From Moniliella sp. 'wahieum' (lineage: Eukaryota): a DNA stretch of 64,000 nt. The notes under the pieces are model-generated. The model was not told where the DNA came from. It ran no database searches and worked only from the letters and a program-made list of their open reading frames with translations. Made by a program: the position numbers and the translations under genes. Of this stretch, positions 12,501 to 23,780 are shown piece by piece (position 1 is the stretch's first letter; every line of letters starts with the position of its first letter). The stretch lies in NCBI GenBank assembly GCA_003971905.1, contig RSEE01000037.1:310001-374000 (forward strand). Reading direction: 5' to 3'.

Positions 12501-14322
12501 GTCGTACGGCGTAGCCCTCGAAGCGATGGCAACCGGGGCTAGCAAGGCAGAGGTGATGCGCAAGTACGAGACGCAGCCGGGCCAAAGTGCCTGGCAGTCG
12601 CGGTGTCAAGCCTTCACTGGGGGGTACGATGAAGCATGGTGTGCGCACCGTCAAGGGCTTGTACTTCCGCCGTCGCAAGGACTTTACCTACTCTGAACCC
12701 AAACACCGTGTCTACGGCCGCCGCTATGCTCACTCGCAAGGTATCTCCATGGCGGACATCAAGTTGGTCCGTGAAGCCTTTTCCCCGCCTGGGGAGCGGT
12801 ATACCTTGAACGACGTGGCATGCGCTGTGCTAAGCAAGGCTATGGCGCTCGCCGCCGCGCAAGCCAACCCGGACGGGAACGTCCCCAAGGACAAGCGGAT
12901 CCCCATCTTGGTGCCCATCAGTCTGCGTCGCCAGGGGGACTATTCACTGTCCAACTTGACCACCGGTGCGATTGCCTGGTTTGAGCTCAACCCAGCCTTG
13001 TCCGCCCAGCAGCGGTTGCAACAAGTCCACCAGGAGATGAACATCATCAAGAAATCTTATTTACCTCGGTGTGGTACGAGATGGTGGACATCATTGCGGC
13101 GCGGCGGGTGATGTTTGTGCCTTCCTACCCGGGTGGGCACGAATTCTTTGAAAAGGCCTACCGCGAGTACCAAGTCGCCACCAACGTTCCCGGCCCTCCC
13201 AAGCCGGTCCAGTTTGGCTCCCATGTAGCCAATCGCTACTTTGTTCTGCCTCCCTCGTCCCCGGGCAAGTCAGCGCTGGCGATTGGTATGATTTCGTATG
13301 CGGGCGAGTTTTCCGTTGCGGTCGCATGCGACGATGTGCCATCTCAGCGCAATTTGGCCCAGACCATTTGCAATATGTTCCATCAGTCGGCCCGGGACCT
13401 GGTTGCCCAGGCCAAGGAGTACATGGCACAAACTGGGCAGCACCAGCGGCAGCGGAAAGACCGACGGAAGCACCCCCCCGATGCGGGGTCGGGCGGAGCC
13501 CGAGACATTCGATCCGCATCCGGCCGCGCCAGGTCTTGCGTCCCCTCTGTACCCAGTCCGGGTCCTCGTTACGACTCGGGCCCAGGATCGGCGTCGCCGT
13601 ATGAGCCAGGCGTGGGCGAAAGGGGGGGGATCCCTGCGTTTGGACGACGAGTCCGCGCACGGCCTCAGTATGGCAGCAGTGTCGGTGATGCGCCCAGTTA
13701 TACCTTCTCCCCGTGTCGCCAGGCGCGAGTGAAGCGCAGTTCAGCGCCCACGCCGCTTCGCACTACAGCGCCGCTCCGTCGGCCGCCTACGCGCTGCGCC
13801 CCAATCAAGAACAGGATCATTCTCTCGCGGCGACCGACGAATCCGGCCGGCCTTTTGAAGATGACCCGCCCGAGGAGGAGGAGGACGACGAGGCTGACGA
13901 ATTTGCTGATGCTCGTTCGGAATCTTCGGTGCCCATCGACCCGCCCACTTCAGCCACTGTCTCTGCTCCGCTCGGACACGCCTCGTTGCCGACTTCGCCA
14001 CTGTCTCAACAGCAGTTCAACGGTATGTCTACTGTTTCTGGTGGACATCTGGCTGTCAACCCCGCGCATACCAGCCGCACTTCCCTACCTCCGTTGGCCA
14101 CCAGCGGGCCCTATACGCCCCGCACGCCTCAACGAACCCAGATCGCCCCGACGACTACCGTGCTTCTTCCCGGCTCATCCCCTCATGCGCACCTGGCCGC
14201 CGCTTGGGTATCCTGCGCCCATGGGCGTCTCTGCACCGCAGAGCCCCACCCAAACCAATGAGGAGCCAAGCCATCGCCGGGAGCCACAGTACCGCCGTGC
14301 TCCTGGACGCACGCGGTGGTAG
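9543..14322 (+). CDS. Wax ester synthase/diacylglycerol acyltransferase (WS/DGAT) family protein with long N- and C-terminal low-complexity extensions; intron from ~12272 to ~12351
   Basis: The catalytic HHxxxDG motif is present (KIHHGVADG), with LTGVDQMF, KPLWE, TLNDV, VPISLR, TNVPGP and SYAG in the core (~11740-13430). The intron is GTGAGT..CTGAC..TAG. Joining the N-terminal arm (from 9543) to the core is inferred across frameshifts. Confidence 0.85.
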
Positions 14323-14879
14323 CCCGATTCCTGATTGCTTTTCCTCGTATTTTTTGTGACCCGCTTTTCTCCTCGAGTGCCCTATCCACCTTATTCCTAA
14401 CGGCCCGTTTGGATGGCCTCCCTTCTGCTTGTTCTCATCGCCCCCCTGTTCCCACACGTTTTTTCCTCGTTGCTTCGTACTTGACCGACCCTCCACTTTC
14501 CCTTGACGTCATCCTTGTGGATGCTGTTGCACCTTTTATTTTCGTTGGCTCTCCTCTCCCTCCTCCCTCGTGACCAATCGGGACGATTCGCTCGTTCTGC
14601 TTCGATACCCATCCAGCTGGAATGCGCCTTGGAATCCTTTCCGCCGTCCCCGGTCGTTTCCCCTCTCCGTTGCTTGCACGCCCAACTCGTGCGCTTTGTT
14701 CTTTGCTGCTTTGTACCCTTCTGGGGTGTTTGCCTGTCAATCGTTTCTAATGCGCCCGTTTGTTTCTGGAAGTCTATCCACTGCTAGTCTCAGCTCTACG
14801 AGGGTCGTAGAAACGTGTCCCAACGAATCGTGGGCGTGAGGCATTCAGGCGGCCGCCAACTTTCTCGCATTACCAATCT

Positions 14880-16426
14880 TCACAATTTGGCGAGCGCCAG
14901 CTTGGGAGGGGGCTTGAGTTGGAGTGGTTCGACACCGAACCTGCATCGACCAAGTCAGGCGTCACACTCTCCAGCGTAGGTGCGCCCAACAAGCGCTGGC
15001 ACAGATGTACTTCTTCTTCTCGTAGCATTGTCAGAGCTCTGTGCACCCCCTTTTCACCGTACGACGACAGCGCATACAGTGCCGGCCGGCCTATCCCGAC
15101 CGCGGTCGCTCCCAAGGCCAGCGCCTTGAGTACGTCCGATCCCCGTCGGACCCCCCCATCGACAAAGAGACTGAACAGTGTGCCGTCCGCACGTGGTTCG
15201 CGTGGCTGAGCGGCGATCAGACCGCGCGCCTGTAACTGCGGTACAGCTTCCCGCCAACACCTCCAGCCCCGAGCGGGCATAGCTCAATTGGCGTCCTCCG
15301 TGGTTGGAAAATACCACGCCCGCCAGGCCCATCTCGGCCGCCTTGACCGCATCCTCCCACCGCCCCACCCCCTTGAGCACAAGCGGCAACGCCGTCTCGC
15401 CTTGCAGCCACGCAATCGTATCCCAGTTCAGCCCTGCATCAAACGCGCCGAGGCCCAAGGTGCCACCACCTTCATCTTCGTCGTCCTCTTCCCCATCAAC
15501 GAGGTTCTCCTCCTCTTCGTCTTCGTCTTCCTCCTCCTCCTCTTCTTCTTCTTCCTCCCCCTCAAACTGAATCCGCATTGATCCTTCTCGCCGGCCCGAC
15601 TGGGAGGTATCGACAGTAACAAAGACGGCCTTGGCGCCATGCTGCTCCGCCGAGCGCAGCCGCTCCAGGGTCTCCTCATGGTCCACCGACACGTACAACT
15701 GGAAAAATAGCGGTTGGGACGGCCTCACGCGTGCCTCGGCACATTCTTCAAACGACCGCGATGCCAGGGTGGATCATTTGCGGTACGCCCGCCCGACCGG
15801 CCGCGCGCGTAATGGCCATCTCGCCCTCGGGATGCCCCAGGGTACCCCACGCCGTCGCCGAGACATAGAGGGGCATACTACTGTTCTGACCGAGGATGCG
15901 ACACCGCGAGCTCACCCGCACCACATCCGTCAATACCCGCGGTCGGAACCACACCCGATCCCATACCGCCCCATTTTCCCGCACCGTCGCCTCGTCCTCG
16001 GCGCCAAAAAAGTAGTACCCACGCTTCGCGGCTCAGCACATGGTGAGCGACCACCTCAAAGTCGTGCAGGTTGAGCAACGTGCGCAGCGGGGGCAGCACG
16101 GCGGCCGGGGCAGGCGCGGGGTCGAGAGGCGGGCGAGGTCCTCATTGGCTTGCTCAGCGGGCGGCAGGACGGGGGGGGAGCGGGCAGGAGCCGAGGCTGG
16201 GTCCACCACGCCCATCCGTGCTTCGCGCGGTAACGTCTTCTCGATCGTCCCGGGCGGATGGAGGGCAGTGTAGATGCGGGTGGCGTCCTTTCCGGCATGC
16301 CGGACGATCGCTGCGGCGCCACCGGGGTGAGAGGCGAGGAAGGCAGTCATATCCCATGCCACGCCCTGCACCACCACCCAGCAGGAGGCGGTGGTGGTGG
16401 GCGGCTACGTCGGCGTAGGTCAGCAT
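14880..16426 (-). CDS. Flavocytochrome b2-like alpha-hydroxy acid dehydrogenase (cytochrome b5 domain plus FMN domain)
   Basis: The N-terminus MLTYADVAAH..WVVVQG..HPGG is a heme domain. Later motifs are WFRPRVL, LGHPEGE, FFQLY, LVLKGV, SNHGGRQL and DGGVRRGSDVLKALALGA. There is no presequence before the heme domain. Confidence 0.92.
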
Positions 16427-19298
16427 GCTCGCGGCTCGCTCATCGTCCAAGGTGCGAGGCAGGGCTGGGGCACACGCGGCGCGAGCAACGGGAAAGAAGG
16501 TGGGCACGTGGGGCCTGGTGGGGCACAAGTCCGAGCGGGGACCGAATCCGAACGGGACGCAGGCGGGGGCGAAGCGGCGATCGCCGCGTGCGAGCATCAC
16601 TGGTGGGTGGCCGGTGACTGTGGGGGCGAAGTACGAAGATTGAATTGATGATTAATCGATTAGTGAGTGATTAGTGATCGATGATCGATGATCCTTTTAA
16701 AGACCCACATTGGGCCGGCACGCCGGCACGTGACCACCATCGCATCGAGCGGTTCTCTGATAGACACACGCTGCTAGTATATATACCGCCAACAAGGCGA
16801 CAGTGCCCCTTTTTGGCATAGAGCTAGAGAGATGATCTTTCCCGCGTCTGCCACCACGATTCTAGAAGAGAGGAACGGGAGTGAGATGAGATCTGAGAAT
16901 GGCCAAAGCAAAAACGCACCCACTGCAGTAAATGGTGATGACCTGTGCCAACACATGATTGAACCTCCGAAACTCTTCCCCCCCCCCAGACTGTGCTGGG
17001 CCAGGCTGGGCCCCACGTCTCCGTCCACTGCTGGAATCCCCAGTCCCAATCCCGTATGTAGAGCACACCCACTTTTCTGCAATCGGGTCGAAGAGTTGGG
17101 TGCGACAAGAAAACGGCAAATACCAAGGACGCACACAAGAACCTTTAATTCTTCGCCTTGGTCACGGCGACTGACTCGCTGAGATAAACTATGCCACCAA
17201 AAGAGAGCCAGAATACCATAGTTTGGCTAATCTCGCCCCATTTCCAATTTCTTCGTCCGAGCGTATCACTCTTTCTATGTTTCTTCCACTTCGCACCATA
17301 GCAAGAGCATATGACAGCCAACAAGAAAATGGATAGGCACTGTGAAACGAATTAACTGTGGTATCTATCTTTCGAGGCGGTTTATTGTTCGTTCATATGT
17401 CCACCGCGCTCATTTAAGTATCCACGTGAGCTACATCCAACTCGAAAGCGAATGGCAGGGTCCAGAGCGTTCTGACCTGGTGGCGAGACTCCACTGGTTT
17501 AGTTTGGCACAAACATGCAGCACACGCCGGATGAGCGAGATAAACGGAGCGTTTCTTTGTCCATGCCTTGCCTTTCTTGCACATGCTATGAATACAGAAA
17601 CGGGGGAGTCTCAATGTGCCTGTGTATGTTTTGTTCAAGTTCCAATACAGAGAGACCGTCGGTTTGCAACGGTGCAGGTGAGAGGCACATCGTTTCTGGC
17701 TGCACCGCTCACCGCTCACAGCACTCATCACAGGCTTCTTCGAGAAGTGGGGATACCCGCTACGCAGAAGCAGTTCCCTTGTGTGAGTTGTGGGAAATCC
17801 TACTATAGGAAGTTGAACCTTTTGCCCAGGGGGGGTGTTAACGAAAAGACGTGATGCACATGCTTGTCAAAGTTTTGAGATCCACAGTGGAATAATAGGT
17901 GTTGGCCGCTGCTTTGACTGCGATGTGTTTGAGTTATAGTCCACCATCTTGATCCCACAACCCACCGCTTTGCACACCACACACCGCACCTCTCTGTGGA
18001 CTAAGGTACTGAGTACTGAGGGGACTCACTGAGTTGGTGACGGTTTTAAATTAATTAAACGTTTAAATGTGGAGGTGATAAACATAAGCACGAGCTGTGG
18101 GAACATGCCTTTAGGCCATGGGCAGATCAGACCGTTGACGATCAAAGTGGGGGCCCTTACGGGCCTCGATCCCCAACGTCCTCAGAATTGTTGCTATCGC
18201 AATAGTAAGGGAGACATCATTGTCTAATGTTTTCTCAGCGCGGCCTCGACAGGGAGCTCAGCGCTGGCTTCGCGGAACATCAGTGCATTTGTGGACTTAA
18301 CTGCAAGCTTGTGATGGCGGCGAAATTGAGACAGCCGAGACAGGCAACAGCAGTCCACACTGCCCCGTGCAGCGGGTCGGTCGGGGCCGGAGCCCCGCAT
18401 GAAATAGGCGGCGGTGTGTTGATCCGGAATGATTAATGGCCGGCGCTCTGGATCTGAGCCGACTTGGGGGGTGGGGACATGGGGTATAGGTTCGGTACAT
18501 GTGCTCCCTAGTGACACTAGTGACAAGTACAGGGCATCACTTACTAGTTGCTTTTGCGCCTGTCCCACCCCGCCGCAGGGAGAAGCGAGATGCTTGAAGA
18601 GGAAAACAAAAGATGGAGCAGACCTGCCGAACACGGAGAGGCTGAGGAAACCCAGGGGAGAGGCTGAGAGGTGCTGTCGGAGCGTTGGAATTGCCTGGGT
18701 TAGGCACAGGCTGAGTTGCTGACAGATAAGTTTTGTCGACTGGGGTATGACCGCTGGGCTCGGGCTGAGCACTCGGCCCAAGTGTCGCACGGCCTGGTCG
18801 ATGATTGATCGACGACCGCACTTGCCGACGAGAGCCGGGGCAGGCCGAGGTAGGCCGGGGCTAGTCGGCTGAGCTTCAAAGCGCCTATAGGTTCAAGCAC
18901 TAGCGTCAAGGCTTCAAGCTTCAGGACTCCCGCCTCCTGTAGGACAGCCGCCGCGGGCGCTACAAGGCGGTGGACGACGGCCGAGGGTGTTGGGCGGTTG
19001 AGGCGCATTGGCCCGAGGCCTGAGGGAGATCTGAGAGGAAACTGACGTCTACTGCGTCTACTAGTCTGCTGCCCTCTCGTCCCCGCACGGGCCAGCCACA
19101 GCACATAAATTCAATAGCAGAGAGACTGGGGCAGCTGCCGCAACACCCCACACGAGGAAAAAGCGGCTCAGTGGAGCCAAGGCGCGGGGGATGTTGATGA
19201 TGATAGATAGTACTGAGTACTGAATCGAGCTGTGCCAGAGGGGGCTGGTATGTATTGGATCGTCCGTGCCAATGCCGTGCCAGCCAAGGCCAGACCAT

Positions 19299-19330
19299 CG
19301 ACCAGACCAGACCAGACCAGACCAGACCAG
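19299..19330. repeat. Pentamer microsatellite (ACCAG)n upstream of glycogen phosphorylase
   Basis: About six tandem accag units are visible. Confidence 0.85.
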
Positions 19331-19706
19331 GCCACCTAGGCCACGCACGGCGCAAGAGACAGGCACCAACCTCTTGCCTCTCTCTCGCCTCAGGCCACAC
19401 CCACCCCAGGCCGCATGGGGCCACTGGACCGGCCGTGTATAGTCCCAACGCCTGTCTGTGGCGAAAACACATCACACTAGTCACTATAGTCACAGTAGTC
19501 ACGGGCTCAGTGCTCTGTTCTATATCACCCGCTTCCCATTGCCCCCTCATATATACCACCCGTATATTCCTCCCGCCAAGCTACCCTCTTGCAACCCACA
19601 GGCCCATCCCCTCCCCGCAAGGCGTACGTTTCGTCTCTCTCTCTTTTTTCCTTCCCCACTCCACTCACTCACCTGCTTTCCTCCCTCCCCGCCAGCCCAC
19701 CACATC

Positions 19707-22376
19707 ATGAGCGACTACGATGACGACTATGTCCCCCCCCCGCCCCTGTCGCCGCGTCGGCGCAACTCGGCGTTCACGTTGGACCAACTCCAGCACTTTG
19801 ACGCCGAGATCCCCGAGAAGGCCAAGCAGGTATGGAGCAAGTTCTCGCACCTCGAGCGCTTCGACGTGCTTCGTCACTCGCCCGAGGAGGTGAGCAAGAG
19901 CGAGCAGCACCTCATTGCCGGTCGGCGCGATGCGTTCCAGCGCGAGTTTGTCAAGCACATTGAGACCCAACTTGGCCGCAACATGTACAACTGTGACAAC
20001 CTGGTGCCTACCAAGCTGCCAGCGCCGCCGTGCGCAACGCCGTGACCATCGATTGGGCTAACACCCAGCAGCGGCAAGCGCTCGAGAACAACAAGCGGAT
20101 TTACTACCTCAGTCTCGAGTTCCTTATGGGCCGTGCTCTGGACAATGCCTTGAGCAACCATGGCGCTCGTGGTACTGTCGACAACGCTCTGCAGGACCTT
20201 GGGCGGGCCTGGAAGATGTGCTGGAGCAGGAGGACGATGCGGGTCTGGGAAATGGCGGTCTGGGCCGTTTGGCGGCTGCTTTGTTGACTCGCTCAGTAGT
20301 CGCAACTACAACGGATGGGGATATGGCCTCAACTACCAGTACGGTATCTTCCGCCAGTCCATTATCGATGGCTTCCAGGTCGAGAAGCCGGACAACTGGC
20401 TCAAGAATGGATCGGCATGGGAGATTGGTGCCGAGAGCTCGAGATTCCCGTCCGCTTCTATGGTCGCGTGCTGGATGAGGTGGACCCCGAACGGGCAAGG
20501 TCAAGAAGGTGTGGGAAGGGGGAAATGTGGTGCTCGCCATGGCCGTCGACTTCCCATCCCGGGTTACCACCCCCAACTGCAACAACCTTCGTCTCTGGCA
20601 AGCGCGTCCCACGCCCGAAAAGGAATTCGACTTTGCCGAATTCAACGCGGGAGACTATGCCAAGGCTGTGTCGGCGCTGCAGGGGGCCGAGGCTATCACC
20701 GACGTGCTACCCCAATGACAACTTTGCTGTGGGCAAGGAACTTCGTTTGACCCAGCAATACTGGGTCTGTGCCTCGATCCATGACATTATTTCCCGCTTC
20801 CGCAAGCATGGACACGATTGGTCTGAGATGCGATACATTGCGAGCAGATACGACACGCATCCTACCTTGGCTGTGGTGGAATTGCAGCGCGTGCTGATTG
20901 ACGAGCATGGGCTGGAATGGGACGAGGCATGGGACATTGTGCGCAACGTATTGCTACACCAACCACACGGTGATGCAAGAGGCGCTGGAGAAGTGGCCGC
21001 TGGACCTGGTGGAGCGTCTGTTGCCGCGCCACATGCAGATTATCTTTGACATCAACTACTACTTCCTCCAAGAGGTGGCCAAGAAGTTCCCTGGCTCGGA
21101 GCAGATGCTGCGTGATTGCTCGATCATTGAAGAGGGCGACAACCGTCAAGTCCGCATGGCCTACCTGGCTGTCATTGCTAGCCACAAGGTTAATGGCGTT
21201 GCCGAGCTGCATTCGCAGCTGGTCAAGACGGATCTCTTCCCGCAGTTTGTCAAGTTCTTTGGCGACGATCACTTTACCAATGTGACCAACGGTGTGACGC
21301 CGCGTCGTTGGCTTCAAGTCGCCAACCCCAAGTTGGCAGACCTGATTGGCAAGACGCTCAATGACCCCGAGCACAAGTTTTGCTCAGCCTGCCCGACTTG
21401 AGAAAACTTGACAAGTACGCCAACGATCTCAAATTCCTCAAGAAGTGGGATGCCGTCAAGCAGCACAACAAGAAGCGTCTCGGCGTCTCGTGTTTGAAAC
21501 GACCGGAGTCATTCTGTCCAACAATGCATTGTATGATGTGCAAGTGAAGCGCATCCACGAGTACAAGCGCCAGCAGCTCAACATCTTTGCTGTCATTTGG
21601 CGCTACCTCGAGATCAAGGAACTGCTCCGCCAGGGGCTGTCTACGGAAGAGATTGGTCTCAAGCATTTCATTCCCAAAGCCGCATTATTGGTGGCAAGGC
21701 GGCCCCGGGTTACTACATGGCCAAGACGGTGATTCACTGATCAATGCCGTCGCCGACGTGGTCAACAATGACGAAGACATTGACGATCTGCTCAAGGTGG
21801 CCTTTGTTCCGGACTACAATGTGTCCAAAGCCGAGGTTTTGTGCCCTGGCTCGGACTTGAGCAACCACATCTCCACCGCCGGTACCGAGGGATCGGGCAC
21901 ATCCAACATGAAGTTTGCTTTGAACGGCGGCTTGATTTTGGGTACGCTTGATGGCGCCAACGTTGAGATCAAGCGCGAGATTGGCGAGGAGAACATCTTC
22001 ATCTTTGGTGTCACAGCGGACCAGGTGCCGGGCATCGCAGCCAAAACAGCCATGGCGTCAACCTGCCCACGTCGCTGCTCAAGGTGTTCAACGCGATCGA
22101 CTCGGGCATGTTTGGTCCGGCCGATAACTTCCGTCCGCTGCTCGACTCGACGCGTTTCCATGGGGACTACTACTTGGTCGCCACTGACTTTGACCTGTTC
22201 CTCGAGGCCCATCGCAAGGTCGAGGCGGCCTATGGCCGTGGACCCGGTTCGGAGGAGTACTTGCGCAACTGGGTGTCCAAGTCGGTGCACACCACGGCCA
22301 ACATGGGTACTTCTCTTCGGATCGCGCGGTGGACGACTACGCCAAAAACATTTGGGGAATCGAGCCGCGCTTCTGA
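19707..22376 (+). CDS. GPH1: Glycogen phosphorylase
   Basis: Motifs [79 protein letters not shown], the PLP-lysine motif [20 protein letters not shown] and C-terminal YAKNIW. Multiple deletions; no obvious intron. Confidence 0.97.
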
Positions 22377-22863
22377 GCCCTCCCATCCATGCAAACATCC
22401 TAACAGGACATGCATTTATTCCCACGTCGGAGAAAGCCCCTCCTGCGTTGCATGGTTACACTTCAATCCTTTTTCATGCTCTTCTCTTCCTGTCTTTTTT
22501 CCTGCCCCTCTGCCCCCCTCTCTCTTATCGATGTACTCCATTCTACACCCTTTAAGAAGATGCTCTATACCTGATCTGCAACTGCCTTTTTGCGTGGGAA
22601 GGAGCGAGCTACATATCGTCGAGTGGTCCCGTCCTCGCAACCTATAGTCGATGAGTTGTGATGATGATGCTGGTGTTTTTTGAAGCTGATTCAATCTCTT
22701 GAAGTCGAAGTCGAAGATTACATTGCTGCTATCATCGCGGCCCGTTACGAGGAATGAATAGCCTAGTGAGCGACATCGTTTGCGACGGTTGGAGTAGGTC
22801 TGAGTTTCGAGGCGTCCAAGGTCCGACATAACGAAGATACAACCAACATGATTTACGCCATTG

Positions 22864-22967
22864 CCTCTCTTAGCTCAGTTGGAAGAGCGTCAGATTGTAA
22901 TTGGTGTTAAATTGGCTTGAACTACTTCAAGCTCTGAATGTCCTGGGTTCGACTCCCAGAGGGGAGA
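22864..22967 (+). tRNA. tRNA-Tyr(GTA) with a 31-nt intron (22901-22931)
   Basis: A box TAGCTCAGTTGG, anticodon stem TCAGA/TCTGA around TT-GTA-A, T-arm CTGGG-TTCGACT-CCCAG, C1-G72 and A73 tyrosine identity elements, and a TTTTT terminator at 22971. The acceptor stem has one C-A mismatch as read. Confidence 0.9.
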
Positions 22968-23780
22968 ACCTTTTTGGCGCAAAACGGGCGTGACGCGCCA
23001 CGAGTATGCCTTGGCCAGGCGGAGGGCGTCGTGTCGTAAGCGGCACCTGGTAGAGCATGCTACTCTAGTCCTTCATTCTTCCTCTGCATTCCCACTCTCC
23101 CCGCCCCGTCGTGGGATGCGTACACGTTCCATTGTTGCCCCCTATACGCTTCGTTGGCACCTCTTTTCGCAACCACACTGTGGCATTCCCAGCCACGGTC
23201 CGCATTCCTTCCCACTCGGCCCACAACAGCCCACCGCAAGCAGGCTAAGGGGGGAAAGGAGGAAGAGAAGGAGGCAGGGAGGGAGAAGAGAGAAGGGTGG
23301 GGGGTGCGATGGGCGATGGGGAGTGCCAATAGCAAAAACAAAATGGGCCCAAGGGTGGGGGACCTTCAGGAAAGATTTGATCGACGTGAGACGTGAGAGG
23401 GAGGTCAAAGGGAGATATGAGGGAGAAACAGGAGAGATAAAGGGTGATAATGGACTCAAGGGGGAGTTTTCGGCGAGGCCCCGGGAGAGCAAGCCACCCC
23501 GGGAACTCAGGACATGACAACAGACAGGAATGTGGGAAAGATATATGGCTCAACGAGGTGAGATGTTGGAGAAAAGACAAACGATGTAGGGGTAAGGATG
23601 TCTAGGTGGGGTATACCAACGGTGCGGGAAAGGCGGGGGAAGGGGATGAAAGCATACACCGTCATGTCCAGGAGCGATTCCATCCCCATACAATGCGGAT
23701 CGTAAAACAAAGTTCGGCACCCGATGGAAAGCTGGAGAGGCGAGTGCACACCACGCTGCTGCATTTTTATCCTTCAGCCG

